Shown: positions 25,424 through 40,400, counted from the stretch's first letter. The stretch is 64,000 nucleotides of DNA from Octopus sinensis (GCF_006345805.1 NC_043005.1:95666001-95730000), one strand, 5' to 3'. The notes: generated from the letters alone by a model not told the origin. Translations and numbers: made by a program.

Positions 25424-25800
25424 ATCAGGCTGAGTAAAAAAGTAAGCAACGTTTTGAAACATGAAATTCATCACAATATATTTCAACAATGCGGCGGAAA
25501 TTTTATTCATCAAAGTAAGTACCATTACAATCAACACATTTTTGCCAACGAGTTACAAGTTTGTTTATTCCGGTAACATAAAAAAACAACCTCAGGTGCT
25601 ACACAGAGTTCTGTAAGTACATTTTATGATGAAGTGTTCTCGATTTTTCCTACCTATGTTCTCTTTAATAATCACATACAGTTTTCATATAAATAACTAA
25701 AATATTTTATGCAATGAGGCCGTCACATTCACTATTTCATATACGCTGTTTTACTGAAACGATTGAAGCACATATGTAAACGCAAATGTCCCAGATAATA
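25424..25800 (-). mobile_element. Internally deleted mariner-family element
   Basis: Terminal tcaggctgagtaaaaaagtaagcaac and the 3' end of a mariner transposase, shared with 29461-30000. Confidence 0.6.
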
Positions 25801-26783
25801 GAAAATGGAAACGTAAGCGCAGGCGTGGCTGTGTGATAAGAATCTTGCTTCCCAGCCACATGGTTCCGGTTTCAGTCCCACTATAGCCTCGGGCCGACAA
25901 AAGTCTTGTGAGTGGATTTGGAAGACGGAAACTGAAAGAACCCCATCGTACATATGTATGTATATGTATGTGCTCGAAACGTAAAACTGCCCTTCTTTCC
26001 TTCCCTGAGTGTCTGTTAATACTTTGCATGTACCACGTCCTCGCGTTGTATTTTTGTGTGTTTTTCTTCGTTTTTTTTATTATTAATTATATATGTTTGT
26101 CCTCCACCGTCACTTGACAACCGGTGCTGATGTGTGTGCATCCCCGTAACTTAACGGTTCAGCAAAAGAGTCCTAACAGAATAAGTACCAGGCTTAAAAG
26201 AAATAAAATAAAATACTGGGATCGATTCATTCGGCTAAAAATTCTTCAAGGCGGTGCCCCAGCATGGCCACAGTCCAATGACTGAAACAAGTAAAAGAAT
26301 AAAAGATATAAAAAATTCGTGTGGTCATTCTCACCTTTCCATGCAGCCTTCCCATTATTGTGTTCTACCAAGGACGAATAATGACTAAGACCTATTACAA
26401 TGATGACTACCACTAAAAATGTGTCTGGGAAAGTTTGATTAACATAACACTCGTTATTTCTGAGTAAACATCTGACGTAATCTGGTCGAGAGCGGAAAAG
26501 ACGGAGAAAAGAAAGCAAAACAGTTAAAATTCAATATTTAACAAAAGCATTTTTTAGGAAATTCATTTGGCAATGGCGGCATAGGTGTTGTGGCTGAGAA
26601 GCTTATTTTGCGATTGCGTAGTTTTGTATTCAGCCCCATTCCGCAACCCTTTCGGGCAAGCGCCTTCTGTTATTGCCCCGGGCCAACCGATGCTTTGGTG
26701 AGTGGATCTGAAAACGGAAACAGTGCGGAAGTCCGTCGTGTGTGTGTGGGGGGGTGTATGAGCGTGTGTGTGTGTGTAGGAGC

Positions 26784-27584
26784 AACGAAGCTAAAGCACG
26801 CAGACTGAAGCCGCTTGGCACAGATTGACCTTGAACTCTGTTGTGCATGCGTACTAAGTTTTAATGTTCTAGCTCACTTCCGCTATTTACAGCAGTGCTT
26901 TGAAGGAATGTATTTAGCGTGTGATCGTCGCAATTACTATCATAGAGAAAGTTGAGCAGAGAATCTACATCATATTTTGACAAAAGCTTGGCGATACCTG
27001 CTCAGAGGCCTATGTAAAGTTTCCAAAAAGTTTTCATCGTTCTCGACACAATCAAGGAGATCTTGTGCAACTGAAACCCGAGTGTCCTTTTGGTCAGCTG
27101 AAAGCGGTTTTGGCACAAACTTAGCAGACATGCGTCCCATACCCAAATGTTCAGCAATGATGGACTGAACTGAGCCGTAACTAATCTGCACAATCTCTAA
27201 TAACACATGGATGGTGATTTGACGATTCTCCTCAAAGTTGCACGCACATCTGCGATGTTTTTCTTGGTTCTGTTGGTTGAGGGTCTCCCTGAACATTCGT
27301 CAATATTAACATCTTTTCAGCCATATTGGAAACGTTTGAACCACTCGTACACTTATGTGCGGCTCATACACTCCTCACCATACACTTTCTGCAGCTTTGC
27401 GTAGGCGTCTGAGCAGACAACTTTCTCACAACTTTCTCTGTCATGGTCAATGCGATGATCACACGCTACACACTTTCCTTCCAAGCACTGCTGTAAACAG
27501 CGGAAGTGAGCTAGAATGCATGCACAGCAGAGTTCAAGGTCAATCTTTGCCAAGTGGTTTCACTCTGTGTGCTTTAGCTTCGTT
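26784..27584. mobile_element. Two inverted 5' portions of a mariner element (N-terminal HTH region)
   Basis: Arms 26784-~27020 and ~27380-27584 are diverged inverted copies. Minus strand gives SDAYAKLQKVYGEECMSRT..YEWFKRF and QISYGSVQSII..LGM..SAKFVPK. Confidence 0.8.
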
Positions 27585-27962
27585 ACTATAACAACAGTCC
27601 GGATACTTATTGGTCAGATCTCGTATGAACTAAGAGGTCAACATGTAATCTTTTATTGTATATCTTTTTCCTTGGTGATATTGTGTTCGTATCTTATAAA
27701 TGCATATTTAAAGCATAACTTTGTAATTTATTTAATGAGCACAATTGATACAGCTGTAGGGAGTATGAAATATCAATTTCTTCATAAATAATTATTAACT
27801 TTTAACACTCCATTTTCTTTTCTATTAACTGAATACCGATTATATGCAAAATGCATACCTATTGATTTAGGGAAATTTTATTTCTCAAAAATATTAGGTA
27901 CAGAAGCAGTGCTTTCTTGGATGTAATCATCCCTTTAAGAGGTTGATATACCCTCTAATTAA

Positions 27963-28510
<548 letters not shown>

Positions 28511-29460
28511 GTATATAAAATATAAAATGTTCGTTCGACTAAAATCATTCAAGGTGGTGCCCCAGCATGACCGAAACAAGTAAAAAATGTTTAGTAATCT
28601 ACTTGATGAAAGAAAACGAAAATAAAAAACGATTATTGCACGCAACGAAGTTCTTTTTCTCTCCCCCCCCCCCACCAAATATCCCTTTTTGTTAGAAGGA
28701 AGAGGAAAAACTGTTCAAGTAAAATAATTTCCTATTCACTATAAACAAACACTGAAGGTCAGACTACAATTTTCGGAAGAGTCTTTACATTTGAGAAGCA
28801 ATATTTAAAATGGATTTCAGACTGGATTGCGTTTGTCTGCAGACGTCATCATATCTGCAACCAGTTTACACTTGATTACTGCTCTTTTGTTGTGAGCGAA
28901 AACAAAGACAACCAGAATGGTTCTTAAACTAAAATACCTAAAACTACTATGGACGCCTTATTACTATTATTATTATGCTTTAGGTTAAGGTGGAGATCTG
29001 GCAGGATCATTAGCACGCCAGACAGAATACTTAATGGCATTTCTTCCGGCTTTACGTTCTAAGTTTGAATATCGCCCAAGTCAACTACTTTTTGTCGTTT
29101 CCGAGTCGATTAAATAAATACCAGTCATATACTGGGGTTGATGAAACCGACTTCCCCTTTCCGAAAATTTCAGGCCTTGTGCCTATAGTAGAAATTTTTT
29201 TTTTATCTACATACGACGGCGAGCTAGCAGAATCGTTACCATACCGGGCAAAATGCTTGGAGGCATTTCTTCCGACTCTTTACATTCTGAGTTCAAATTC
29301 TACCGAGGTTGACTTTGCCTTTCATCCTTTCGGGATCGATAAAATAAGTATCAATTGAGCAGTGGGGTCGATGTAATCTCTTTTCCAAAATCTCAGGTCT
29401 TGTGCTTTTAGTAGAAAGAAATATATATATTTTTCTAACAGCAGTAAAATATCTTATATA

Positions 29461-30000
29461 TCAGGCTGAGTAAAAAATTAAGCAACGTTTTGAAACATGA
29501 AATTCATCACAATATATTTTGGCAATGCAGAAATTTTATTCATCAAAGTAAGTACCATTATACGATCAACACATTTTTGCCAATGAATTACAAGTTTTTT
29601 TATTCCGGTAACATAAAAATCTGGAGTTCTGGAGCTGATGAACTCTTTGAACGCACTTTCAGCATCGGTTTGATTTTTGAACTCCTCTCGCAGGAAACCA
29701 TCAAGGTGCTTGAAAACGTGGTAGTCGGTAGGAGAAAGGTCAGGAGAATAATTTTGGTGGGGAAGAAATTCGTAGCCAAGTGTACAACAAGGCGTGAATT
29801 TGGATACTTGAACTAAAATTTGGATCCTTGAAAGCCTGGCTAAACTCGCCAAGTTGATGATGATGAACATTTCACAAAATTCCTCCACAAAATTACTTGA
29901 TCCACTGGTCTATGAACTGGCTTAAGTATTCTCGTCAGCACTCCAATATTTCTTAGTCATTCAATAGAGATGTGCTACCTGATGACTTGTTCTTGTGTCA
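29461..30000 (-). pseudogene. Mariner (D34D) transposase C-terminal fragment with terminal repeat
   Basis: LGYEFLPHQNYSPDLSPTDYHVFKHLD...GIKKLVIHWQKCVD. Confidence 0.85.
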
Positions 30001-30720
30001 TGGTACAATTCCTGGGGCCGTAGAGTGTCTTTATTGCATCATAGAAGCTGTATATGTCAAGTCTGACTGCATGCATCTAGATTTCTTGAGCTTTTGAAAT
30101 TAATATTTTTTTTCGGTATAGGAAGTGAGGAGTGAGCCTTACACCAAAGAACTGACGAACCCTTTTTTAGCGCGATTTCTACAGCTACTCTGTTGTCTAG
30201 GCGGTTCCCAACGTTTTTCTGCACCACAGACCAGTTTCATGCGAGACAATTTTTGTACGAACAAAAGTATCATGCACATAACAACGTACAATAAAGTGTA
30301 TAATATATATAATACATACGTAATGCAAAAACACTTGTACACTGCGATACCCAATAAAATACAAATGAAATATAAAATTTGTTCTTTCCGTGTAGTCCAG
30401 CACCAAATGATTCACGCCCAATGCTTGGTTCCCTCTGGTCAAGTATATGTCATTCGGGGGTATGTTGTGTTGGAATTCTCATTGAACCACTCTTCCTGTC
30501 TCTTTTTCTTCTTCTTCTTAAATTTGATGGTTTCAGAGACAGTATCATACTATATACAACCATTTGTCATCCATGTCATCTCCCAAAGTTTTAAGTGTTT
30601 TTGAAGTATAACTTTAATATTTAAAGAGTGACAAACGTCTTTACAAATATCGGGTCACTTGATGTTTAGGGCTATTAAAAGCCGTAAGGAGCACACTTAC
30701 AATCTGATTTTTCTTAGTAT

Positions 30721-31313
30721 TGTAACGAACTTAGTGTGAATATATACTCTTGTACTTTCGGGGTACAAGAAAGCAATCACTAGCCGTTGCTTTAATAATC
30801 CAGAATTCTACCAGTCAGAAACAACAAGACGCAGACGTAAAAGATATATATACTACTTTATTCTCTAATGTGGTGACAGTAACAATAAGTGGTTATCTGG
30901 TGTCCTTGGTTCTGGGCGCGCAAGGCTGAAAGTTAATCGATTGTAATATTTACAATGTTCAGCCGCTAAAACAGAACGGGTTAAAGATGGCGTCCGTCAT
31001 TATGTTGATGTGGTCGGCAACAATTTGGTGAAAACCTTCGGCCGACTGCTATCAGAGCTGGACAGCGAGAAAATATACGTCCGTCGCCTTCGGTCGCTGC
31101 TGTCCCAAGTCGTTGGCTGCTGTTGCTAGCGGTCAAACGTTCTACGACCCCCTTGCCTTGGCTAACTACCACGTAGGCAAAAGGGTCGTGCTTCCGGTGG
31201 TTCGCGCATGCGCGAGAGGGCTCTTCCTCTCTGTGCCTTGGTGAAGGCACCAACACTCGCACGCGCGAAATAGAAAATGGACGGTGCGCGCGCGCACCGT
31301 TAGGATCACTACA
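30721..31313 (-). mobile_element. Solo LTR (593 bp) of an LTR retrotransposon, probably Gypsy-like
   Basis: Begins TGTAAC and ends CTACA, flanked by 4-bp TSD GTAT (30717-30720, 31314-31317); AATAAA on the minus strand near 30860; CpG-rich. Confidence 0.82.
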
Positions 31314-34102
31314 GTATCATGTGATTGCCTGACTAACAAAAACAGTAACAACAACTGAGATTGCCGAAGATATATTACATCTTTTAAAATTTTTAAATTA
31401 ACCAATTATTTATTTTTCCGAGGATGGCAACTCATTAAATATGATGAATGTGGCACTGGTTTCACTAAGATGGAACAGAAATTAAATCACACTTTACTAT
31501 GAACCGTTTTACTCCAGTCTGATGTCAATATATACGAAATAGTTTTCAAGTACAAAATAAAATAATATATACTTTATAGTTATGTAAGACAAATATAACA
31601 AAATTATTTTATTGCTATAAGTAGTTGCGTAATATATAGACGGAAATATGGCTTCTTAGAGTTTTAATATGAAATAGAAATTGAAAATTCTTAAACCGTA
31701 AGCAATATGAAATATATAGCTATATGTGTACACACACAAACACACGTGAGTGTGTGTGCGTTCAGTTTTCTTTTGAATAGACACCTTTATTTTATGGCTT
31801 TGTCAACTAATTCATGCGTTTGATTAATCGCACACTATGCTGTTTAGCCCTAGGTCAGAACTGATCCAGCATGCTTACGATCACAGGTTTTCATTCGTAC
31901 CCCACCACCCGGTTTATTTACAGGAATTGTTTCTGGGACTACACTATGGAATATGCCCTTACTCACTATTCCCCATGGTAGAAGAATGTCGTTTGAGAGA
32001 TATGGTGCTTTCATTTCTAGAGACTACCACATTGTTCAAGGGACCAAACTCTCTCAGAATCCACTAGGTCTTCGCGGGAACTAAATAACCAAAATGACAA
32101 CAGCAAAATTGAACTCAGAACGAAAAGACTGGAGCAAAGACCGCCAAGCATTTCTGTGCGACGCTCAAACGATTCTCTAATGCTTCGCCTTTTTGAATAC
32201 GACTCTGGTTGTGAGAATGGAACAACTTGCAGTTTCAATACATTCTACAAATATGCTATGTTTATATATACCACTGTATATACAAGTATGTGTTTGTTTG
32301 TTTATGTACATGTGGAAACATGGTGTTGGTGGGTGGTAGTGTGTGTATGCGTGACCTCTTTCGAAATCTACTTTTCCTTTAGGATGGTTTTTCCTAAACA
32401 CAACAATTCAGATAAATGTACGTTACGTAAAAATTAGAAACTATTGCATTCATACAAATAAAACTGGGCATAATAACTTTTTGTAAAAGAGGACAATAAA
32501 AGAACCTTGAGAGGTTGAGGGGCGTGCCTTCCGTGTGATTAACCCAATCATATACTAATTATTAAATGTGCACAAACAAACTTAATATAACGAGCCAAGA
32601 AATATCAATTTATTTATATTAGACTCCTTGTGGGGAAAAACAGCCCACGTTTTATTTTTTATTAAATTCGATCAATTTAAATTTCAGAGTTGTCTCCCCC
32701 TATTAAGAAATATAAATTCATAAATGAAAATTGCATTCGTAATCTTTTATCTTTTTATTTGTTTTAGTCACTGGACTGCGGCCATACTGAACACTGCCTT
32801 GAAGAGTTGAGTCGAACAAATGCTCCCACCGTACTTATCTTGAGGACTCTATCGCCACACCCCTTCAAGGTATAGTGAACGGGGAAGCTGGATGGGTGGA
32901 ATATTTCTTGGCAGGTAATGGGGGAGAGAGCTCCGACGTTTGACCAAATAAAATTTAATGAATAAAATAACGGGGACATGCTCTCCTCATTACAGGTATG
33001 AATTTCATTGATAAACATTAATTAGTAGAAGAGACTTCCTAATAAGACCCTAATCTATCGCACACTGGAGTGATATTTTATTTCAACAATCCCCGGAAGG
33101 ATGAAAGGCAAAGTTACTCTCAGTAAGATTTCAACTCAGAATACAAGACATTTTCTACATCACTCGAACGATTCTGCCAATTCGCCATCTTGATGTAAGT
33201 AGATAAGTATTACCTCGAGCCCTAGGACTCGTATGAGCCGATTTCTCCGCTTTCCATTGGTGTATAAATTACCGAGATGACACCTCCACTAAACGGAACG
33301 CTACTTCTTCGTAGGATAACTCATTGACAGCTGAGTGATCTGAAGCATTTAAGTGTTTTGCTCAAAAACACAGCGCACTGTCCGGTCCGGGAACCGAAAC
33401 CACGTTCTAGCAATCGAGAATGCAATGCCTCTAACCACTAGGCTACGCGACTTCATTGTCGTCATGTAATTTTAATTTTAATGCTCACTACATTTAAGTA
33501 TTTTAGTACCAGCTTAGATATTTGTTTTTCCTGCAGAAAGCGCCACTGGGCACTTGCACTCTTCCACCGATAAACCTTCTGACTTACCGAGTCGATGTTG
33601 TGTAGAATAACTTCCCCGTTTTACGATTACAGTGTGTTCATAACCCATCTAGCTCATTGGTGCAAGGGATTCTGGGACACCGTTGTTTCGACATGTGTCT
33701 CGTCAGCCGGAACTACCCCGTTCTTTTGAGTTGAGCGTGTTATTAACACACTGTCATCGTGAAAAAGAAAAAAATGTTCTGCGACGTATACAACAGCGAA
33801 TAGCGTATTTGCATTTGTATCTGCTGGAATGTATTAAGAATAAACATGCAAATCATCGTTTCAGATCTTGCTGTTCACAGTACAAATAACAATTTTTAAA
33901 TAAGTCTAAGAAAAGTGGAAATTGAAGTTAGCTGACATTGATGAAAAGCCATTAACTCTCTCTTTTCCGTTTCTTTATTCAAATGTCATCTGATATTTCC
34001 CTCTCTGCATTATCGCTATCTCGCCGTCTTTCTCTCTTTTTTTCTTCTCTTTAACTCCCTTCTCTCTTGCCTCAGACTCCTTAGATAAGACAAACACACA
34101 TA

Positions 34103-34111
34103 CACATACAG

Positions 34112-34175
<64 letters not shown>

Positions 34176-34180
34176 CCTCA
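34103..34180. repeat. (CT)n microsatellite
   Basis: Direct reading. Confidence 0.95.
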
Positions 34181-37100
34181 TTCTAAGCGCTTCTCTTCTT
34201 CATTTTCACTCACGTTATCTCCCTATTCCTCCCGTCGATGCCTCGTTCTCTATTATCTCTCCTTTTCCTTCTACCTCTTTCTTTCTTTCTCCCAATATTG
34301 ATGAAATGAAGATGACACAACTGTTGGCTCGGTCAAATAATGATCCGTCTGCAACGAGAAATACCAGAGAATCTATTGAGTTTCGGGAGAGAAAAGGGAG
34401 GGGTAGATAAATAATATGATAAAGAGAGAGATAGTGAGCGTGTAAGAGAGATAGACAAAGGAAAAGAGAGAGTGTAAATGAGAAAGAAAAACAAAGCGTA
34501 AAAAAAGAGAGACAGTTTGAGTGTGTGAGAGAGACAGAGTGCGAGAAAGTTGACAAATATAAGGTGAGAGAAAGTTGACATTGCTTATTTACATTGCTGT
34601 TTGGGGAAGGAAGACCAAGTATAAAAATGATTTCTTCACCTCAGAGTCAGAATTCACATTCTGCCGCGGGTCAATATGCCCTTCACTCTCCACCCCCACC
34701 CTTCGCTGGATTAGCCATGAAATAGGAGCCTGGGGGTGGTAAGTGGTCTAATTGAAGGAGAACGGTGGGTTGGCGGAAACGGTAGAGCAGAAGTTCTCGA
34801 CGAGGGCGATACTGGGCCTATGGGGGCGCAGGAATTGTCGAAGGGGGCTTTAGGGGGCGGTAAGAGGAGCCGTGAGGTAACATACTAAATTTTACCTATT
34901 GTAGTAATTATATGATAAAACTAGTAATGGTTATTCAAATAAAATGAGTGATAAGTACATATCGTAGCTAAAGACATGTTTGAACAAGAATAATTAATTG
35001 ATGAATAATCAATTTCTGATATTTTGTTTTTGGATTTGGTTTGCAAGATTCTTTATATGAGTTCGTGTGTTGAAGCATATTCTGTTGTGTCTGGGGAGAG
35101 TCATTTTCTTTTTGTGCCTTATAATGGAACACACTCACCAGTAAAATTTCCACTTATTCCTTATTTTTATTTTCCTAAAATTTTCGTTGTGTCTTGCAAC
35201 CTTTTCAATCGTCTGGACTCTGTCCGTTATTTACACTGCGTTCCCTTTTGTTTGTTTGTGCGCATGTGTGTGGCTCAGTGTGTGTATGTGTGTGCCTATG
35301 CATGCATGTACATATGTATGTGTGTATGTATGTATGCATGTGTATGTATGCATACATGTGTGTGTATGCATATGTATATATGTATGTATGTCTGTGCATC
35401 TATATGTATCTATCCTGCATATTCATGTGTTTGCATGTCCTTGTTCGTGTATTTTCTATGTATGTGTGTGTATTTATAGGCACGCATTCTTCCTTGCTTT
35501 TTTTTTTTTGTATATTGTAATCTCAATTATATTTTACTTAGTGATATAATTACATACATTGTTGTGTACGTTACTCTTTAAAAAATTTAGAATGAGTGAA
35601 AAAAAAAAAGTGCTGTCAACACTCGAGTGAATATTTTGAAATATGGATTTATTCCATCGATAAATAACTACGTTTAATATGTGAAAAAAAAATTCTCAAA
35701 TGAAGCAATTTACAAAATTTACAAAAAATTCATCTAGATGAAACCAGGAAAGATGAGGACTGCTTTCGCCAAATGAAAACTGATTTTAAAAACCATCTTA
35801 CTCTTGCAGTATTTGTTTTAGTTGTTCACATTTTGAGTTCAAATCCTGCCGATGTCAACTGTATCTCTTATCTTTCTGGTGTCGATGAAATTAGGTACCA
35901 ATCAAGAAGTGAAATCCATTCAATCGACAAATCCCTCCCACCGAATTTCTGACTTTTTGCCTGATAATATCATTAGAGTTGGAAAGATATACAGAGAGGT
36001 TGCACAACTTTGCAGCAACAGGTCATTAGAAGAGAGACTCTATACATACAAGCAAAAAAGTTGTGCATGGATATATCTACAGAAGTCTTCGAAGTGATAG
36101 CGTCAGCGACATTGCAAACCCCAGAGTTGTCTATCCTGGATTAACAAACACTATATTAGCTCTGACTTCGAAGGATATGTTTTTGCAATATATATTTCTT
36201 TATTGCCCACAAGGGGCTAAACATAGAAGGGACAAACAAGGACAGACAAAGGGATCAAATCGATTACATTGACCCCAGTGCGTAACTGGTACTTTATTTA
36301 TCGACCCCGAAAGGATGAAAGGCAAAGTAGGAGCTGGAAATAACCACGAAATGCATGATGCACAGATGGGATACCGATGCAAGTAAATCACCTAAATGTG
36401 ACAATTGATTCAGGCTTTATGGAATTAACTTTTTCTGTTAAAACCACACACACACACACACACCTATGTATGAATGCGTATATATGTGTATGTGTCTGTA
36501 TGCGTATGTACGTGTATATATAAGTAAAAATACACACACACACACACACTTCAAATCTGTTACACATTCATATAAACACAAATTCCGAGATGCAGTGATA
36601 AACACACAAACCCTTAATAGTGTTTCAAATTCCAATAATTTCTTATATATAGAATGTGCTTCCCCCTTTCTCCCAGCCACCTAGCCCCATGCCTCTCTTT
36701 AACCTATTTTATTATAAAGGAGCAATTAAACTTCAGCCATCGCCATAATTCCTTTCGGTTCACCGCATTCTATATTATTCTTTAATGTTTAGGAATATCA
36801 GTTTCAGCGCTATTTAAATGCTCAATCTGTCGTCGTCGTCCCGTTCTCAATAAACTCGCGTCGAATAAATACACTATGATGAAATGTTTTCTATCCATAA
36901 GCATTCAGTTAGCGTTTTTATTTTTACTAGCAGTATCGCCCGGCGTTGCTCGGGTTTGTTTCGACCCTTTAGAATTGGAATTTTTGAAAAGTAAAAATTT
37001 TGCATTATGTAGCTTGTTATTCTCTTTAAGTGAACATTTTTCTGGTTGAAATACACCGAAAAATGGCGACACAGCAGTCAAAATAATAGTAAAAAATAGG

Positions 37101-37499
37101 AATTTTCATAGAAAAAAAGCACCTTTTTGATGTAAATAATTTTTGGTGTTAACATGGTCCGATTTGATTTTTTTTCTTCTACGGAACGAAGAGCAAACCT
37201 TCTTCTATCATACTCTCAATTTTGGTCAACTTGCGCCGCAGGGTCTCGGAGGAGATAGTGTTAGTTGAAGGCTACCAAACCTTGATTTTTTATTATCCAT
37301 AATGACATACATAGAATGGACGATACAATTACGGATGATTTTACATTTACAGCGCAATTTGGGGTCGATAAAAATTTAACATGATTTTATATAAAGCGAA
37401 TGGATAAATAACACAATGGACATTTTTTAAACAAATGGAATGGGGCGGGTTTACGGACCCCACGAACCCCGCCTCTCACTGACCTCGTTTTTTGGGGGC

Positions 37500-40400
37500 T
37501 TATCTCGCATCCACGAGAGACCTTTTATACACGACATTCTTCCATCTTTCATCAAACACTTTCTTACTCAGGCACCTCCTCTCCGGTCCTGTTTGTCTCT
37601 TTAGGTGGAACATAAAAAATTCCACCAAACCAGGACCAGAAATGAAGTTGCCTGACATCAACTCTCTCATCGTTGTCTCCCATACTACCTGCTTCGCAGC
37701 TGCTACCACAGAGAGAAAACAATTCTTACCTTCTTTCGTTAAGAAATCCGGCGGGTCAATTTTCACTATGGATTCAGTTGATAGCTGTGCTCTTCCTCCA
37801 CCTGACAACAGTTGTTCGGCACAAACCCGCATGTCTGACACCTCTGGACACTGCACAATCGCGTGCGAGACAGTTTCCCTGTCTCGCCCACATCTTGGAC
37901 AGATCGGGGTGTCGTTGCCACCATGCCTTGTGAGTTTATCCCGAACAGGTAAGGCACCTCGGTAACACTGCCATGCCAAGGACTTCTGAAAATTATCCAG
38001 GGTCCTCGGCTCGAATGTACGTTGGAACATTCTGGCCAGCTGATTATCGTCAAAACCTAGGGTCTCCCTTAATGTATCATTGCAACCGGCCTCTACAAAC
38101 CCTCTATAGAAAACAGCGGTAGAACCATTGCTGCAGGCATTGCCCGAGCGACGGGAGAGTCGGAGTGCCTTACGGCACTCCGTGTACCACGTACCCAACT
38201 TCGAGCTACGATTATACTAGGCTTTCCGTCCACCGAAACTGGTGAACCTGGGAAACATGTTTCGCCATCGGAGACCACACCCGTTCACCATCCAGGTAGA
38301 GCCACATATGCCTTAACCTCAGCGCATTTCTGCGCATCATTAGCCACGGCATCCCTAGTCCACCCTTTAACGGTCGTTGACAACAAACAGAGCGTTTCAC
38401 AAGCGGTTTCGAGCTCTTCTACAGGAAGCGGAAGAGCTGTCTTTCCAGCTTGGTTAACCACGAATCCGGACAAGGCACGACGGCAAGGCGGTAGGTGATC
38501 ACCGATGCGATAAACACATTGGCTACCTCCGCCCTTCCTTTCAGGGATAGCCACCGCCAAGACCAGGTCTTGACTGCGTGGGTCACCCTGCTCATTACCT
38601 CGTTCCAGTTCTTCTCTATTTGGAGGTCTGGTCCGAACGAAACCCCGAGCAACTTAATCGGACCCTCCGTCCAACATCCCATGACGCTGTCTGGAGGCAT
38701 CGACTTGCCTCTCCAGGTGCCGAGTTGCAAGTCGACTGACTTTTCGCGATTAACTTTTGCTCCTGCCACCGTCTCGTAAGCCTCTATGGCCTTGCCTACT
38801 TTACGTAGGAGGTCCACTTCGGTCACGATGATACTGATGTCATCCGCGTAAGCTGAAACCGACATTCCACAACCTGGTTGTCTCGGGATGCCGCTCAGTT
38901 TTCGTAGCAATGGCTCAAGAGCCACTATATACAAAAGCGAGGAGGGCGGACACCCTTGACGAACCGAGCATTTGACACTGAACAGCTTAGACAGAAAGCC
39001 GTTCACACGAACTACCGAGTCGACGTTGTCATACATTTCAATGATCCACCTGAGGAAGCCAAGACCTAGGCCGAACTGTGCCAGAACGGACACCAGGTAA
39101 TGATGGTCGACTCTATCAAAAGCTTTCGATTGGTCTAAATGGACCACTGCCCCTCCCTTGCCGGAATCGTTATTCATTCCATCTATGGTGTATCTAATAA
39201 GATGGAGATTATCCTGAATGGACCTGCCGGGTACGGCACATGTTTGTGCCTCCCCGATTAGTCCATCCGCGACACGCGCCAATCTTTTCGATAACACTTT
39301 GGCCAGTCTTCAGCTCTGCGTTTAGCAGAATGATGGGCCTAAAATTATCAATGACGTCCCCCTTGTCCGGGTCCTTCCTGACTAGTGTCACTACTCCCCG
39401 GCGCACAGATCTGGGAATAAATCCATTCTGCTGCCAGCTCGCGTAGACGTTCGCCAGTAAGTCCCCGAACAAGTCCGGCATACTTTTATATAGCTTGTAG
39501 GGTAGACCATCCAGTCCCGGCGCTTTACCCGCGCTCCAGTCAGCCATAGCTTCTATTACTTCCCCAGGCGTGATCGGCTCCTCACTACACTTCGCATCCC
39601 GCTCCGAGAAGCGCGGCAGCCCGTCGAGGAAGTCCGTTAGGTCCCTCCTCCTATCCGGTCCGTCGCTCCCCCCAAAGCTGGGCGAAGTGGTCCTGAAAAG
39701 CCTCACACATCTCCTCGGGCTCGTCTATCAACTTACCTTGTTGGTTCGTCAAAGATCGAATTGTGGCATCGTTGCCACGTTGGGCTTCCACCACTCGGGC
39801 CCATCCCGCGGCATTAATTCCTTCGCTCCCCATTGCACGTTGTCTAGACCCGACAATATAACCCACGTGTTTGGCTTCGAGGTGCTGGTTCAAAACCAGT
39901 CTCTTGACCTTCACCTGGGCTGCCGTGCCAGTTCGCATTGCTTCTTCTAAGTCCTTAACTATTGCTGATTCCCTTCTAGCCTCTCTAGCTACTAGACCTA
40001 TACTATATCTAATAGCCTCATATCTGATGGCTCGCTTGAGGGCATACCACCGTTTGTTGTTAATAATGGATCCGGTCAATGCCCTCTGAATCAATAACTT
40101 AATCCGGCCTCTGTACTCCTTAATCGCCAAAAGGGACGTATTAAGTTTCCAGTAACCGGGACCTCTATATAACTTATCTATGTCGAGCCTACAGGTGACC
40201 ATCTTGTGATCACTGTAGCTGACCATGTGAAGCTGTGGACGCTTAGCTATTTTTCTATCTACTTTTCTAATTAATATTCTGTCTATGTACGATCTGGAAG
40301 ATCCGTCGCTGTTTGACCATGTCCACAATGGAGCGTTCGGATGTTCCAGTCTATATGGATCTACCAGCTCGAAACGTCTTAGTAGATCCTGGAAGCAAGC

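Noticed and set aside
30900-31313. CpG island as a host gene promoter or first exon
   Set aside because: Lies wholly within a TG...CA unit flanked by a GTAT TSD, i.e. a solo LTR.
33650-33710. tRNA-like A/B boxes (tagctcattgg ... gtttcga)
   Set aside because: No cloverleaf stems could be formed.
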